From the NCBI GenBank assembly GCA_963169175.1, contig CAUJFK010000368.1, forward strand, positions 1 to 37,651: 37,651 bases of DNA, in the 5' to 3' direction. Position 1 is the stretch's first letter. Each line of letters begins with the position of its first letter. Under the pieces are notes generated by a model. It saw only the letters and a list, made by a program, of their open reading frames with translations. It was not told the DNA's origin and made no database searches. A program made the translations under genes and the position numbers. The DNA is from Acidobacteriota bacterium. GTDB lineage: Bacteria > Acidobacteriota > Blastocatellia > Pyrinomonadales > Pyrinomonadaceae. Shown one piece after another: positions 1-8,642 of this stretch.

Positions 1-159
1 AACACTTTTATCTTCGTCGTCAAACAAAGGTCTGATCTTACCTTGAGCCGCGAGGGCAACTCATTCACCGAAAACGGCCGTTTCGACGTCCTAACCCCGG
101 ACGGCAACATCGTCATCTCGGGTTGCTTCAAAGGCACGTCGCACCGTATTGAATTATAA
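1..159 (+). CDS. 3' end of an unidentified protein-coding gene (partial, runs off the left edge)
   Basis: Frame 1 is open from base 1 to TAA at 157-159 (...GNIVISGCFKGTSHRIEL*). It is too short for the ORF track and I recognise no family. Confidence 0.35.
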   Translation, partial: NTFIFVVKQRSDLTLSREGNSFTENGRFDVLTPDGNIVISGCFKGTSHRIEL

Positions 160-347
160 GGCACATGAGTGAGATCGACATGGGCAGTTTCCGCCAAAAT
201 CGCTATGTCGAACTCACGCATATTCTCCACGCTTACCCGCGGGCCGACACTGCGGATTTGCCGCAGTCGAACTGATAATGCTTCCTTTTGATCGAACTTT
301 GTGAGATATTCTATCGTAAATTCCTGCATAAGGAGCATCTCGAACAA

Positions 348-1514
348 ATGAGCATAATCGACAAGGTAAAAGAGGCGGCGTTAAATCAGTTTATTGAGGT
401 CATCGAGTGGCTTGACGACTCTCAGGACACGTTGCTTTATCGGTTTCCGGTTTATCAGCAGGAGATAAAGAACGGGGCACAGCTGATCGTGCGTGAATCG
501 CAGGCCGCCGTTTTTGTTTTTGAAGGGCAGGTGGCCGACGTTTTTACGCCGGGCCGTTATACGGTCGAGGGCGGCAATACACCGATATTATCGAAGCTCG
601 GTGCGTGGAAGCACGGGTTTAATTCGCCGATCAAATCCGAGGTCTATTTTGTTAATACCAAACAGTTTACGGATATGAAATGGGGCACGTCGAACCCGGT
701 CATGATGCGCGATGCTGATTTTGGCATCGTCCGCCTCAGGGCATTCGGCGCGTACAGCCTGCGGGTTGCCGACCCGAGCGAGTTTATCAAACAGGTTGCG
801 GGCACAAATGCTCATTTTCAAACCGAGGATATCGACGGCCAGTTGAAGCGGGCCATCGTGACCGAATTTTCAGACGCACTGGGCGAGCTGAAGATCCCGG
901 CCCTTGATCTTGCTGCCCAATACAAGGAGCTTGGCGGCGCGATCCGCGACAAGATCAACGAAGATTTCAAGGGCTACGGCCTTGAGGTAACCAAGTTTTA
1001 CATTGAGAACATCAGCCTTCCGCCCGAGGTCGAAGCCGCGATGGACAAGCGTGCCTCGATGGGAGCGCTTGGTGACGCCCAGAAATACATGCAGTTTCAG
1101 GCGGCCGACGCTCTTCGCGACGCGGCACAAAATGAAGGCGGCGGTGCTGGTTTAGGAGCCGGTCTCGGCGCCGGTTTCGCGGTCGGCGGCCAGATGGCAA
1201 ACGCCTTTGGCGCCGGGCCGCAGGGTACTGCTGCCAATCCGCCGGCTGGTGCTTCGCCCGCAACAGCGGCGTGTCCCGCATGCGGAAAACAAAATGCCGT
1301 CGGTGCGAAATTCTGTGCCGATTGCGGCGGCAAAATGGAAGTTACCCAGGTGCCCTGCGTAAAATGCGGTGCAAAATTGCGCGAAGGCGCCAAATTCTGC
1401 TCCGAATGCGGCTCGACCCAGGAGAAAGCAAAATGCACCAACTGCCAGGCCGACCTAAACCCTGGCGCCAAGTTCTGCCCCGAATGCGGCACAAAGGCCG
1501 AAGCCGGTGAATGA
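348..1514 (+). CDS. SPFH/band-7 (stomatin-prohibitin family) protein with a Gly/Ala linker and three C-terminal zinc-ribbon repeats (COG4260-like)
   Basis: ORF 288-1514. The likely start is ATG 348 (MSIIDKVKEAALNQFIEVIEW...), preceded by aaggagc at 331-337. The SPFH-like core reads LLYRFPVYQQEIKNGAQLIVRESQAAVFV. The tail has 3x CxxC-x8-AKFCxxCG. Confidence 0.85.
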   Translation: MSIIDKVKEAALNQFIEVIEWLDDSQDTLLYRFPVYQQEIKNGAQLIVRESQAAVFVFEGQVADVFTPGRYTVEGGNTPILSKLGAWKHGFNSPIKSEVYFVNTKQFTDMKWGTSNPVMMRDADFGIVRLRAFGAYSLRVADPSEFIKQVAGTNAHFQTEDIDGQLKRAIVTEFSDALGELKIPALDLAAQYKELGGAIRDKINEDFKGYGLEVTKFYIENISLPPEVEAAMDKRASMGALGDAQKYMQFQAADALRDAAQNEGGGAGLGAGLGAGFAVGGQMANAFGAGPQGTAANPPAGASPATAACPACGKQNAVGAKFCADCGGKMEVTQVPCVKCGAKLREGAKFCSECGSTQEKAKCTNCQADLNPGAKFCPECGTKAEAGE

Positions 1515-1540
1515 TCATACTTCCAAGGGCAACATCAAGA

Positions 1541-1578
1541 GGACGGGATGGCAGATCATCCCGTCCTTTTCGTTTCTT
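1541..1578 (+). terminator. Rho-independent terminator downstream of the SPFH gene
   Basis: A perfect 10 bp stem (ggacgggatg 1541-1550 / catcccgtcc 1557-1566) with a 6 nt loop, followed by ttttcgtttctt. Confidence 0.6.
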
Positions 1579-1622
1579 GCGGCAAACGTAATAAAATAGC
1601 GATATTGGAGACCTGACAAATT

Positions 1623-1802
1623 ATGCCGATCAGCCCCGAACTTCTGGAGATACTTCGCTGCCCCAAGTGCAAGTCAAAAGTAGAAATAAACGCGGAAAAA
1701 ACCAAATTAAAGTGCACGAATCCCGAATGCGCGCTTGCTTATCCGATACGCGACGAGATTCCCGTGATGCTGGTTGACGAAGCGACGGTCGAGAAGGATT
1801 GA
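1623..1802 (+). CDS. Trm112/UPF0434 family small zinc-ribbon protein (59 aa)
   Basis: Not in the ORF track because it is under 60 aa. ATG 1623 to TGA 1800-1802 translates to MPISPELLEILRCPKCKSKVEINAEKTKLKCTNPECALAYPIRDEIPVMLVDEATVEKD, the typical Trm112 pattern (LLxILxCPxC ... YPIxDxIPVMLxDEA). Confidence 0.8.
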   Translation: MPISPELLEILRCPKCKSKVEINAEKTKLKCTNPECALAYPIRDEIPVMLVDEATVEKD

Positions 1803-1815
1803 GGTTCCCACGGCT

Positions 1816-2871
1816 TTGAAAACGATCGATTGGACAACCACCAAAAAAGTCCTGGTCGTCAAACTGCGCTCGATCGGCGATACGGTCCTTGCGACGCCGT
1901 CGCTCATCGCCCTGCGAAAATTTCTGCCCGATGCGCGGATCGACATCCTGCTTGAAGACTGGGTCGCGCCGGTCCTTGAAGGATTCGATATCGTTGACAA
2001 CGTGTTCGCCGTCCGGGCCGGAACCCGCGAGCGGCTAATGATGATGCGTCGGCTGCGAAATGAGCGATATGACGTGGCGTTCAACCTGCATGGCGGAACC
2101 ACAAGTACGTTCTTCACCGCCGCAAGCCGTGCCCGGCACCGCGTCGGCTGGGCCGAATATCAATACGCGCGGCTCTACAACCATCTCTATTCGTCGGCCG
2201 CTGATTTCTGGAACAAGCCAAAAACCCACTCCGCCGAACAGCAGCTTGCCCTGCTCGGGTTCGCTGGCGTGCCTGTCAGCGACCGCCCGAAAAGCCGGCT
2301 CACCGTTACGGCGGATGCGGCCGCAAAAGTGGAACATCTGCTTCACGTTTGCGGCATCGATCGGGAAAAGATCGCGTTGCTGCATCCGGCCGCCGCGTTT
2401 GCGACAAAACAGTGGCAGCCGCAAAATTTCGCCCGCGTGATCGAATTTCTTGAACGCGCGGGCCTCTATTCCGTACTGGTCGCGGCGCCAAACGAGCGGC
2501 ATGTGATCGAACAGGTCCGCAGTTCGACCGGCGCAATGTTCCACGGCTTCTGTGATCTAAGCCTGCCCGAAATAACCGCACTCGCCTCGCGCTCCGAACT
2601 ATTTGTCGGCAACGATTCCGGCATCGCCCACATCGCGGCGGCGGTCAATACGCCGTCCGTCGTCATTTTCGGCTCATCCAACCGCGACCACTGGCGCCCG
2701 TGGGATCCAAATAATGAAGTCCCGAACGAGATCGTCTTCGAATCGCTCCCCTGCCAGCCCTGCCCCGGCTATGAATGCAAAGTCTTCGGCGACCCCAAAT
2801 GCATCCTCTCCATCCGCCCCGACCAAGTAACCGCCGCCATTACCCACATCTGTCAGAACCGCAAGCGGTAG
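1816..2871 (+). CDS. Glycosyltransferase family 9 (ADP-heptose:LPS heptosyltransferase-like)
   Basis: ORF 1774-2871. The N-terminus KKVLVVKLRSIGDTVLATPSLIALRKFLPDARIDILLED and the C-terminal LFVGNDSGIAHIAAAV are typical GT9 motifs. The start is uncertain: TTG 1774 overlaps the Trm112 gene, while TTG 1816 has gagg about 11 nt upstream. Confidence 0.8.
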   Translation: MKTIDWTTTKKVLVVKLRSIGDTVLATPSLIALRKFLPDARIDILLEDWVAPVLEGFDIVDNVFAVRAGTRERLMMMRRLRNERYDVAFNLHGGTTSTFFTAASRARHRVGWAEYQYARLYNHLYSSAADFWNKPKTHSAEQQLALLGFAGVPVSDRPKSRLTVTADAAAKVEHLLHVCGIDREKIALLHPAAAFATKQWQPQNFARVIEFLERAGLYSVLVAAPNERHVIEQVRSSTGAMFHGFCDLSLPEITALASRSELFVGNDSGIAHIAAAVNTPSVVIFGSSNRDHWRPWDPNNEVPNEIVFESLPCQPCPGYECKVFGDPKCILSIRPDQVTAAITHICQNRKR

Positions 2872-2882
2872 CGACCGGCCTC

Positions 2883-5453
2883 TCATTCAAATAAGGACGG
2901 CGGGATTGTGGCGGCAACCATCTCCTCTAGACTTTCCGGATTCAAGGATTCGAAGTCTTTTTGCCGGATCTTAATGTATTTCCATTCTTCGCCTGTTAGT
3001 TCCGCTGCGTTCTCGCACCATAAGATCGCGGCGTTATCTTTCATCCTGACGTCCAGATCTTCTCGGCCTTTTGTTTCGATGACCCATTTTGTTCCGTTTG
3101 TCGCGACCGCGATGAAATCCGGAAAATAGTTTCGAATATTCGCTCGGGTGTCGTTGTACCGAATCGAAAATCCAAACTGTTCCGGCAATTTTGCGAACCT
3201 GTCGATGTCCTCCCATTTATCAAGACAATTCGCGAACGAGCGCTCAAATTCGTTATCGCACGGGATAAGGTTGAAAACGGTTTTCTTGGATTCGATCACT
3301 TTTTTGGAAGTTGGGAAAGGAATTGTCTCGGAAAGAAATCGGCTCTCGGAAATAAGCTCAGGCGTTTTCTCCTCAACTATAGCTTCCCTGAGAATCTTCT
3401 CGAACGCATTCAGCACTACGAAACTCGCAATGTTGCTGGACATTGCCTGAACCACGTTCGTCTCCGAAAGGTCAACCGTTTCGCCGAACGCCTTACGCTC
3501 AAAAAACTCTTTAACCTTTGGTGCCAACACGGAAAATTGTGATGGAAGCTTAATATTCTGCGCGATGCGCCTGGCGTAGTAACCGATCACTTCTTCAGCT
3601 GTTTGCACGGGCGGGATCTGATATTCGCGTTCAAGCAGTTTTTCATCAGTAAGGATATCGCGGCCTTCGTAAACAAAGGTCTTCGTTTCTTCAAGCTCCT
3701 TTGGTTTCATCGGAAGCTTGTTTACGTTAAGCGCCATCACATCGATCTTGGAAATTTCCTCGGCGAGCGACTGCTTGCGGCTTAAGATCGGCGAGATGTC
3801 CGGAATTCCGATGTCCTTATCTTTTTTCTCGTCGACAGGCTGGATCGTCAGGATGGTAAGCTTGTCCTTGCCGACTTGAAATTCTTCCAGCTTAAGGTCT
3901 TCCAGCTTTTCGAGGTCGGTCACAAAATCCATAAAGGCCTTGTTTCCGATAATGTCCACGCGTTCTTGATATTGTCCGGCGAGGTTTCGAAACATCAGCC
4001 GAAGTCCGCGGCCGATCGTCTGTTCGGGCAAAATATTTGCCTTTGCGGTATATGGCCGCAGGCCGACGACGACCGTAACATTTTGCACGTCCCATCCTTC
4101 GCGAAGCATTAGCACGGAAACGATTGCGTTGACCGGACTCGAATCGTGATCGACATCGCGAGCAGTCTTTCGTGCCGCATCGAGATCTTTCTTCGACACT
4201 TCTCCCGATCGGTCCGTATGAATGATCAGTGTTTTTTCACCTGCAAACTCGGCTGGAAATTTTGTCCGAAGCCAGTCGCCAATATCGTCGGCCTGTTCCG
4301 TGTTGTTCATCATCACAAACAGGACGGGCTTCTTATTCAGCGGAGCCAATTGCTCAACATACTCTTTCCACCTTAGAACTCCTGCCGTCAGAAATCCTTC
4401 GTACTGAACGCTGGCGATATTTGAATTCGCTTCGACCAGCTTCGAAACACCCTTTATCGGGCGCTTCACAATGCCGTCTAGAATCGCCTGCTTAAGCGGG
4501 TAGTCATATATCGTCCACGGAAAAAGGCTGCCCTTGCTGTATCGCGGCGTCGCCGAAAAATCTAACTGAGCGGCAAGCGGCTTTCTGTCCTGCAGAGATC
4601 GAATGACCTTATTCCATTCGCTTTCTTCATCGTGGGTGTGATGCGCTTCGTCGTTGAGCACAAGGCACAAACCGTCGCGCGTCGCGATCCGGTCATCAAA
4701 ATCGGTGATCTCGGTCTTTGCCGTAGGCGGCGGAGCTCCAAGCATCGCGGTCATCGCCGCCGGCTCTTCCGATCCCGGTTTCGTTTGGCGTTCGTAAAAC
4801 TGCTGAATATTGGAAAGGTACAGAGATCCTTCGCTGTTTGTCCGTTCCGAATCGCCGCGCATGTAGTATTCCATTTCCCACATCCATTCAAGATGTTTTG
4901 GGATCAGCGGAAGTGTTCGGAATATTCGTCCGCTTTCGAAGTCGGATTTCAATCTGTCGAATACGATCACGTTTGGAGCAAGGATAAGAAAGTTGTTGGC
5001 GTATTCACGGCCGCCGCGAATGTAATTCGCAAACTGCCAGACGATGGCCATCGCCATTACCAGCGTTTTGCCGCTGCCCGTTGCCATCTTCAGTGCATAC
5101 CGGGCAAACTCGTCGTACTGCGGCAGCCGCAGGTCCTGTACATTTTTGCCGTATTTTTCAAGAAGCTCAGTGCGGTTCTTTAGCTTCGCGATCTCGAAAA
5201 TGTAAATAAGCGTTTCGATAGCTTCTCGCTGCGCTTCGTGAAATGTGAATGTAACCCCATTCGAAAGCGAGTGGTCAGCACGAAACCAGAAATTCAAAAG
5301 TTCGTCCGTCGTTTTTGTTACACCCTTATATCCGTCATCACGCCACTTTTTGAACTCGGCCCTTATTGCCGGAACGCAGACGGCGGTCCTCAATCGGTCT
5401 TCCAGATTGAACAAGTTGGGAGTCTGATCGGCAACGGCCTTTTTTCGCGGCAT
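2883..5453 (-). CDS. res: Type III restriction enzyme Res subunit (SF2 helicase plus C-terminal PD-(D/E)xK nuclease)
   Basis: 856 aa. Walker A is KMATGSGKTLVMAMAIV and motif II is LVLNDEAHHTH (DEAH). The C-terminal FPDFIAV...WVIETKGRE is nuclease-like. The gene lies in an operon with a Mod-type methyltransferase. Confidence 0.85.
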   Translation of the reverse strand: MPRKKAVADQTPNLFNLEDRLRTAVCVPAIRAEFKKWRDDGYKGVTKTTDELLNFWFRADHSLSNGVTFTFHEAQREAIETLIYIFEIAKLKNRTELLEKYGKNVQDLRLPQYDEFARYALKMATGSGKTLVMAMAIVWQFANYIRGGREYANNFLILAPNVIVFDRLKSDFESGRIFRTLPLIPKHLEWMWEMEYYMRGDSERTNSEGSLYLSNIQQFYERQTKPGSEEPAAMTAMLGAPPPTAKTEITDFDDRIATRDGLCLVLNDEAHHTHDEESEWNKVIRSLQDRKPLAAQLDFSATPRYSKGSLFPWTIYDYPLKQAILDGIVKRPIKGVSKLVEANSNIASVQYEGFLTAGVLRWKEYVEQLAPLNKKPVLFVMMNNTEQADDIGDWLRTKFPAEFAGEKTLIIHTDRSGEVSKKDLDAARKTARDVDHDSSPVNAIVSVLMLREGWDVQNVTVVVGLRPYTAKANILPEQTIGRGLRLMFRNLAGQYQERVDIIGNKAFMDFVTDLEKLEDLKLEEFQVGKDKLTILTIQPVDEKKDKDIGIPDISPILSRKQSLAEEISKIDVMALNVNKLPMKPKELEETKTFVYEGRDILTDEKLLEREYQIPPVQTAEEVIGYYARRIAQNIKLPSQFSVLAPKVKEFFERKAFGETVDLSETNVVQAMSSNIASFVVLNAFEKILREAIVEEKTPELISESRFLSETIPFPTSKKVIESKKTVFNLIPCDNEFERSFANCLDKWEDIDRFAKLPEQFGFSIRYNDTRANIRNYFPDFIAVATNGTKWVIETKGREDLDVRMKDNAAILWCENAAELTGEEWKYIKIRQKDFESLNPESLEEMVAATIPPSLFE

Positions 5454-5457
5454 ATGT

Positions 5458-6474
5458 TTAGTCGCCCTTGCTTTTTCTTTTTTTCGCCGTTAATTTTTTG
5501 ATCTCGCGGTCGAAATCGGAGACGTAATTCTTGTCCTGGACCTTGCGATAGACCTCGTACTCCTGTTCGGCCTTCAGCTTCGCCTTGAGCTTTGAGACCT
5601 TGCCTTTGTCTTTAAGTATCGGGTATTGGGAAAGCTCGAGGAATTGGTCGATGAACTTGATCCAATCCGCCATTTTCATTTCTATTTGCCGCTCCGCCCG
5701 GTTTTCCGCGAGGTCGAGATACGCGGAAACCAGGCCGTTCAGTTCGCGAATATGGTGTTCATCGAGATAATTTTTCGCCGTATCGACGTCAGACTTCAGA
5801 ACCTTGCCGTCCGGAGCGCTTTTCCAGGTCTTCAGCCCCATGAAAAATTTCGTCGCATCCGCCGAATCGTAGATCAACTCGGCCGCGGTCTTGCCGGTCA
5901 CGGCCCAGTGGAGCTTATTCTGAACGGCGGCGAAGAATTCCTTAGTTATCGGAGCATCCTTGTCATAATCCGCGGACAAGGCATATATATCCGTGATCTT
6001 TTGGTAAAAACGCCTTTCGCTCGCCCGGATCTCGCGGATGCGTTCGAGCAGCTCGTCGAAATAATCTTTGCCGAAATGTTTTCCTTGTTTCAGGCGTTCG
6101 TCGTCGAGCACGAACCCCTTGATGATAAACTCACGGAGAATTTCTGTGGCCCAAATCCTGAATCTTGTCGCCTGATACGAGTTGACGCGATATCCGACGG
6201 CGATGATCATATCCAGTTGATAGAAATCGATCTCGCGCTCGACATCCCGATTTCCCTCGCGTTGAACTATTAGGAATTTCCGAATAGTTCGTTCCGGCGA
6301 GAGTTCGCCGGAAGAAAATATCTTCTGGATATGCTCATTTACGGTTGGGATGCTGACGCCAAAAAGCTCGGCGATCAAGCGTTGCTGCAGCCAAAATGTA
6401 TCATCCTGATAACGCAGAGAGACGCTGGTTTTTCCCTCCGGCGATTCATATAGGATCAAATCAACATTGCTCAT
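5458..6474 (-). CDS. rhuM: RhuM family protein (Virulence_RhuM), function unknown
   Basis: 338 aa. The N-terminus LILYESPEGKTSVSLRYQDDTFWLQQRLIAELFGVSIPTVNEHIQKIF...AVGYRVNSYQATRFRIWATEILREFIIKGF matches the RhuM family pattern I recognise. Its ATG overlaps the mod stop codon (ATGA at 6471-6474). Confidence 0.85.
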   Translation of the reverse strand: MSNVDLILYESPEGKTSVSLRYQDDTFWLQQRLIAELFGVSIPTVNEHIQKIFSSGELSPERTIRKFLIVQREGNRDVEREIDFYQLDMIIAVGYRVNSYQATRFRIWATEILREFIIKGFVLDDERLKQGKHFGKDYFDELLERIREIRASERRFYQKITDIYALSADYDKDAPITKEFFAAVQNKLHWAVTGKTAAELIYDSADATKFFMGLKTWKSAPDGKVLKSDVDTAKNYLDEHHIRELNGLVSAYLDLAENRAERQIEMKMADWIKFIDQFLELSQYPILKDKGKVSKLKAKLKAEQEYEVYRKVQDKNYVSDFDREIKKLTAKKRKSKGD

Positions 6475-8642
6475 TTCACCTCGACCTCAACCGCCTTTGT
6501 CGTATCGTTTCCCAAAATATCTATCACCTTAACCAGGACGGTATATTTCCCCGGCTTCACATCCGTGTTGCGGGCCGTCAATTCGATCTTCGGTTCCTTT
6601 TTGGTCCGATAGCTTTGCCACTCGTTGTGAAACGTATCGTCGGAGAAGTTCCAGTCCACGGCCCAGTAGTCTATCCACTGGCTCCAGTGTGTGATATGCC
6701 CGCGAACTTCTTCCGGCACATCGTCGGGCGGGATGATGAAATCTTTCAGCGTTATTTCGATCTGCTTTTTGCCCGTCTTTACATCGACGCCCAATGAAGC
6801 GAGTTCGTAAAATTTGATATCGCCCTGCTCGACGGCCTTTTTCTCCAGCACCTCGCGAGGGATCTTTTTGAACGCGGCGTTTACATTGTTCGCGTTCGCA
6901 AAATGGGCAGCGGTCTCGTTCACGTCAAAGGCAAAATCCCAGCCCAGGAAATCTATCCCGTTGCTCTGGGCCGCCGATTCGCCGCCGGCCATTTTCCAAA
7001 ATTCCTTTATCGTCGATTTGATGTCCTCAACCGTAACCGGGGCCTCGACACTCCCGACATGCACCATCCGCCCGGCTCGAGCCCCGTGCAGCCACGCGTA
7101 ACCGTCAAGCGGCTGTGCGTGATAAAGCTCGATTATGAAATGCCGGTAATCGCGCTCCTGCGTCAGCCGTCTGTTCAGGCTCCCCTCCTTACGAAGGAGG
7201 GGTCCGGCTTTAGCTGGGGGGTGGTTCTCTGCCACGTGATCAGGATTCAATTTTGATTGACTATCGCCCGGCGCGAAGAGAACCACCCCGTCAGCGGAAG
7301 CCGCTGCCACCCCTCCTTCGTAAGGAGGGGAGCTTTCAAACTCCGCGTTCATCCATTGCTGGCGTTCGTATTTGCCGAGGTTCTGAACGACAAACGGTCT
7401 TACATTATCGATACCAAGCAATCGTTTTCGTGCGGTATGAATTGCGAACCGTCCAAGGTCGCAGGTTATCCACCGCCGCCCCAGCTTCTCCGCCACCGCC
7501 GCCGTCGTGCCTGAACCGCAGAAACAGTCGAGAACAAGATCGCCCTCGTTGCTGCTTGCCTTGATTATGCGTTCGAGTAGTGCCTCCGGCTTCTGCGTGT
7601 CGTAGTCGAGTCTCTCGTTTGACTGCGGCGGAACAATCGAAATGTCATCCCACAGGTTTTGGACAAATTCTCCTTCGTTCTCGTCAAGATATCTCTTCCT
7701 TTGAATGCGCCCATCCTTGCGTTTTGGGAAAATGAGTCGCCCGCTTGCGTCCCACTCCTTCATCTTTTCTAGGGAGATTGCCCACCCTTTATCCGGCGGC
7801 TTATATCCCTTGTACTCGTATTTCAAATTTACTCTGAAACTTGGACTCGATAGGTCGGCACTTCTATAACGCCGACCACCCGGCTCATGAAACTTATAGA
7901 ACTGGTCAATGTACTCTTGGCGCAACGGCTTCAACGGATTTATAAAAACATTCTCGCTGCCCTTTGTGTAAAAGAAAATGGAATCGGTTTGCGTTCCAAA
8001 TTCAGTTGAAATACTGTTTGTTTGACCTCGACCGGTCTTTCGTTTCCAAACGATTTCACTCCGGAAATTCTCATATCCATAAATCTCGTCTAAGATTGCC
8101 TTTGCATAGTGGGCCACATGCCAATCGAGATGAACGTAGATGCTTCCATTCCCGGCTAACAATTCACCCAACAAAAGCGAGGTTTCATAAAACCACTGCA
8201 TGTAGCTATCAAGTCCGCGGCCCCAAGTATCGCGATACGCCTTCTGTTCGATTATGCTCGGCTGCTTTACGAACTCCGCCGCTTCGTTTTCTTCGGTTTC
8301 GGGATCGTCGGCGATCTTTGCCGTAAACGAAAAATCCGCACCGACGTTGAACGGCGGGTCGATGTAGATCAGATTCACCTTTCCCGCAAACTCCGGCAAA
8401 AGGCTCGGGAGAACATATTTCTTATCGCCCCAGATCAGCCGGTTACGCCATTCGGCGGACGAGTCAGAACCGCCTGCGTAAGCGGGCGGCCAGCTCGCCT
8501 GTGAAAAGAGCGTTCCCAACCGCTTTTCGCGGTCGGCCGAAGATTCGTTTATTGTCTCGATCGTCTGAAACGGCAAAGCGATCCGAACGGGTGTGACTTT
8601 CTTCCCGTCCTTGTACTTTCCATCCCAAATAAGTTCGGTCAT
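6471..8642 (-). CDS. mod: Type III-like DNA methyltransferase Mod subunit (N6/N4 amino-methyltransferase, beta-class motif order) with a long C-terminal extension
   Basis: 723 aa. Motif IV is NLIYIDPPFNVGADF near the N-terminus. Motif I is VLDCFCGSGTTAAVAEKLGRRWITCDL around residue 375. NRLIWGDKKYVLPSLL is typical of Mod proteins. Confidence 0.85.
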   Translation of the reverse strand: MTELIWDGKYKDGKKVTPVRIALPFQTIETINESSADREKRLGTLFSQASWPPAYAGGSDSSAEWRNRLIWGDKKYVLPSLLPEFAGKVNLIYIDPPFNVGADFSFTAKIADDPETEENEAAEFVKQPSIIEQKAYRDTWGRGLDSYMQWFYETSLLLGELLAGNGSIYVHLDWHVAHYAKAILDEIYGYENFRSEIVWKRKTGRGQTNSISTEFGTQTDSIFFYTKGSENVFINPLKPLRQEYIDQFYKFHEPGGRRYRSADLSSPSFRVNLKYEYKGYKPPDKGWAISLEKMKEWDASGRLIFPKRKDGRIQRKRYLDENEGEFVQNLWDDISIVPPQSNERLDYDTQKPEALLERIIKASSNEGDLVLDCFCGSGTTAAVAEKLGRRWITCDLGRFAIHTARKRLLGIDNVRPFVVQNLGKYERQQWMNAEFESSPPYEGGVAAASADGVVLFAPGDSQSKLNPDHVAENHPPAKAGPLLRKEGSLNRRLTQERDYRHFIIELYHAQPLDGYAWLHGARAGRMVHVGSVEAPVTVEDIKSTIKEFWKMAGGESAAQSNGIDFLGWDFAFDVNETAAHFANANNVNAAFKKIPREVLEKKAVEQGDIKFYELASLGVDVKTGKKQIEITLKDFIIPPDDVPEEVRGHITHWSQWIDYWAVDWNFSDDTFHNEWQSYRTKKEPKIELTARNTDVKPGKYTVLVKVIDILGNDTTKAVEVEVK
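7179..7333. repeat. 155 bp nested palindromic (MITE/RPE-like) element embedded in frame in mod
   Basis: The termini gctcccctccttacgaaggaggggt (7179-7203) and acccctccttcgtaaggaggggagc (7309-7333) are exact reverse complements (25/25). An inner 13 bp pair is ggggtggttctct (7218-7230) / agagaaccacccc (7277-7289). Each terminus is itself a hairpin. Confidence 0.6.

Noticed and set aside
165-275. A 36 aa ORF (MSEIDMGSFRQNRYVELTHILHAYPRADTADLPQSN) and a 7 bp hairpin (actgcgg...ccgcagt, 249-267) between the left-edge gene and the SPFH gene.
   Set aside because: There is no RBS and no recognisable family. The ORF is too short to support, and the hairpin lacks a U-tract.
5440-5484. Homopolymer tracts (T6 at 5440-5445 in the first codons of res, T7 at 5478-5484 at the rhuM 3' end) as possible phase-variation switches typical of Type III systems.
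   Set aside because: The tracts are short compared with known phase-variable repeats. One lies at the extreme 3' end of rhuM, and no simple-sequence repeat array occurs in mod.
4632-6273. Long plus-strand ORFs (183 aa and 215 aa) opposite res and rhuM.
   Set aside because: They lie within strongly supported minus-strand genes and have no domain signatures. They are expected by chance in stop-poor antisense frames.
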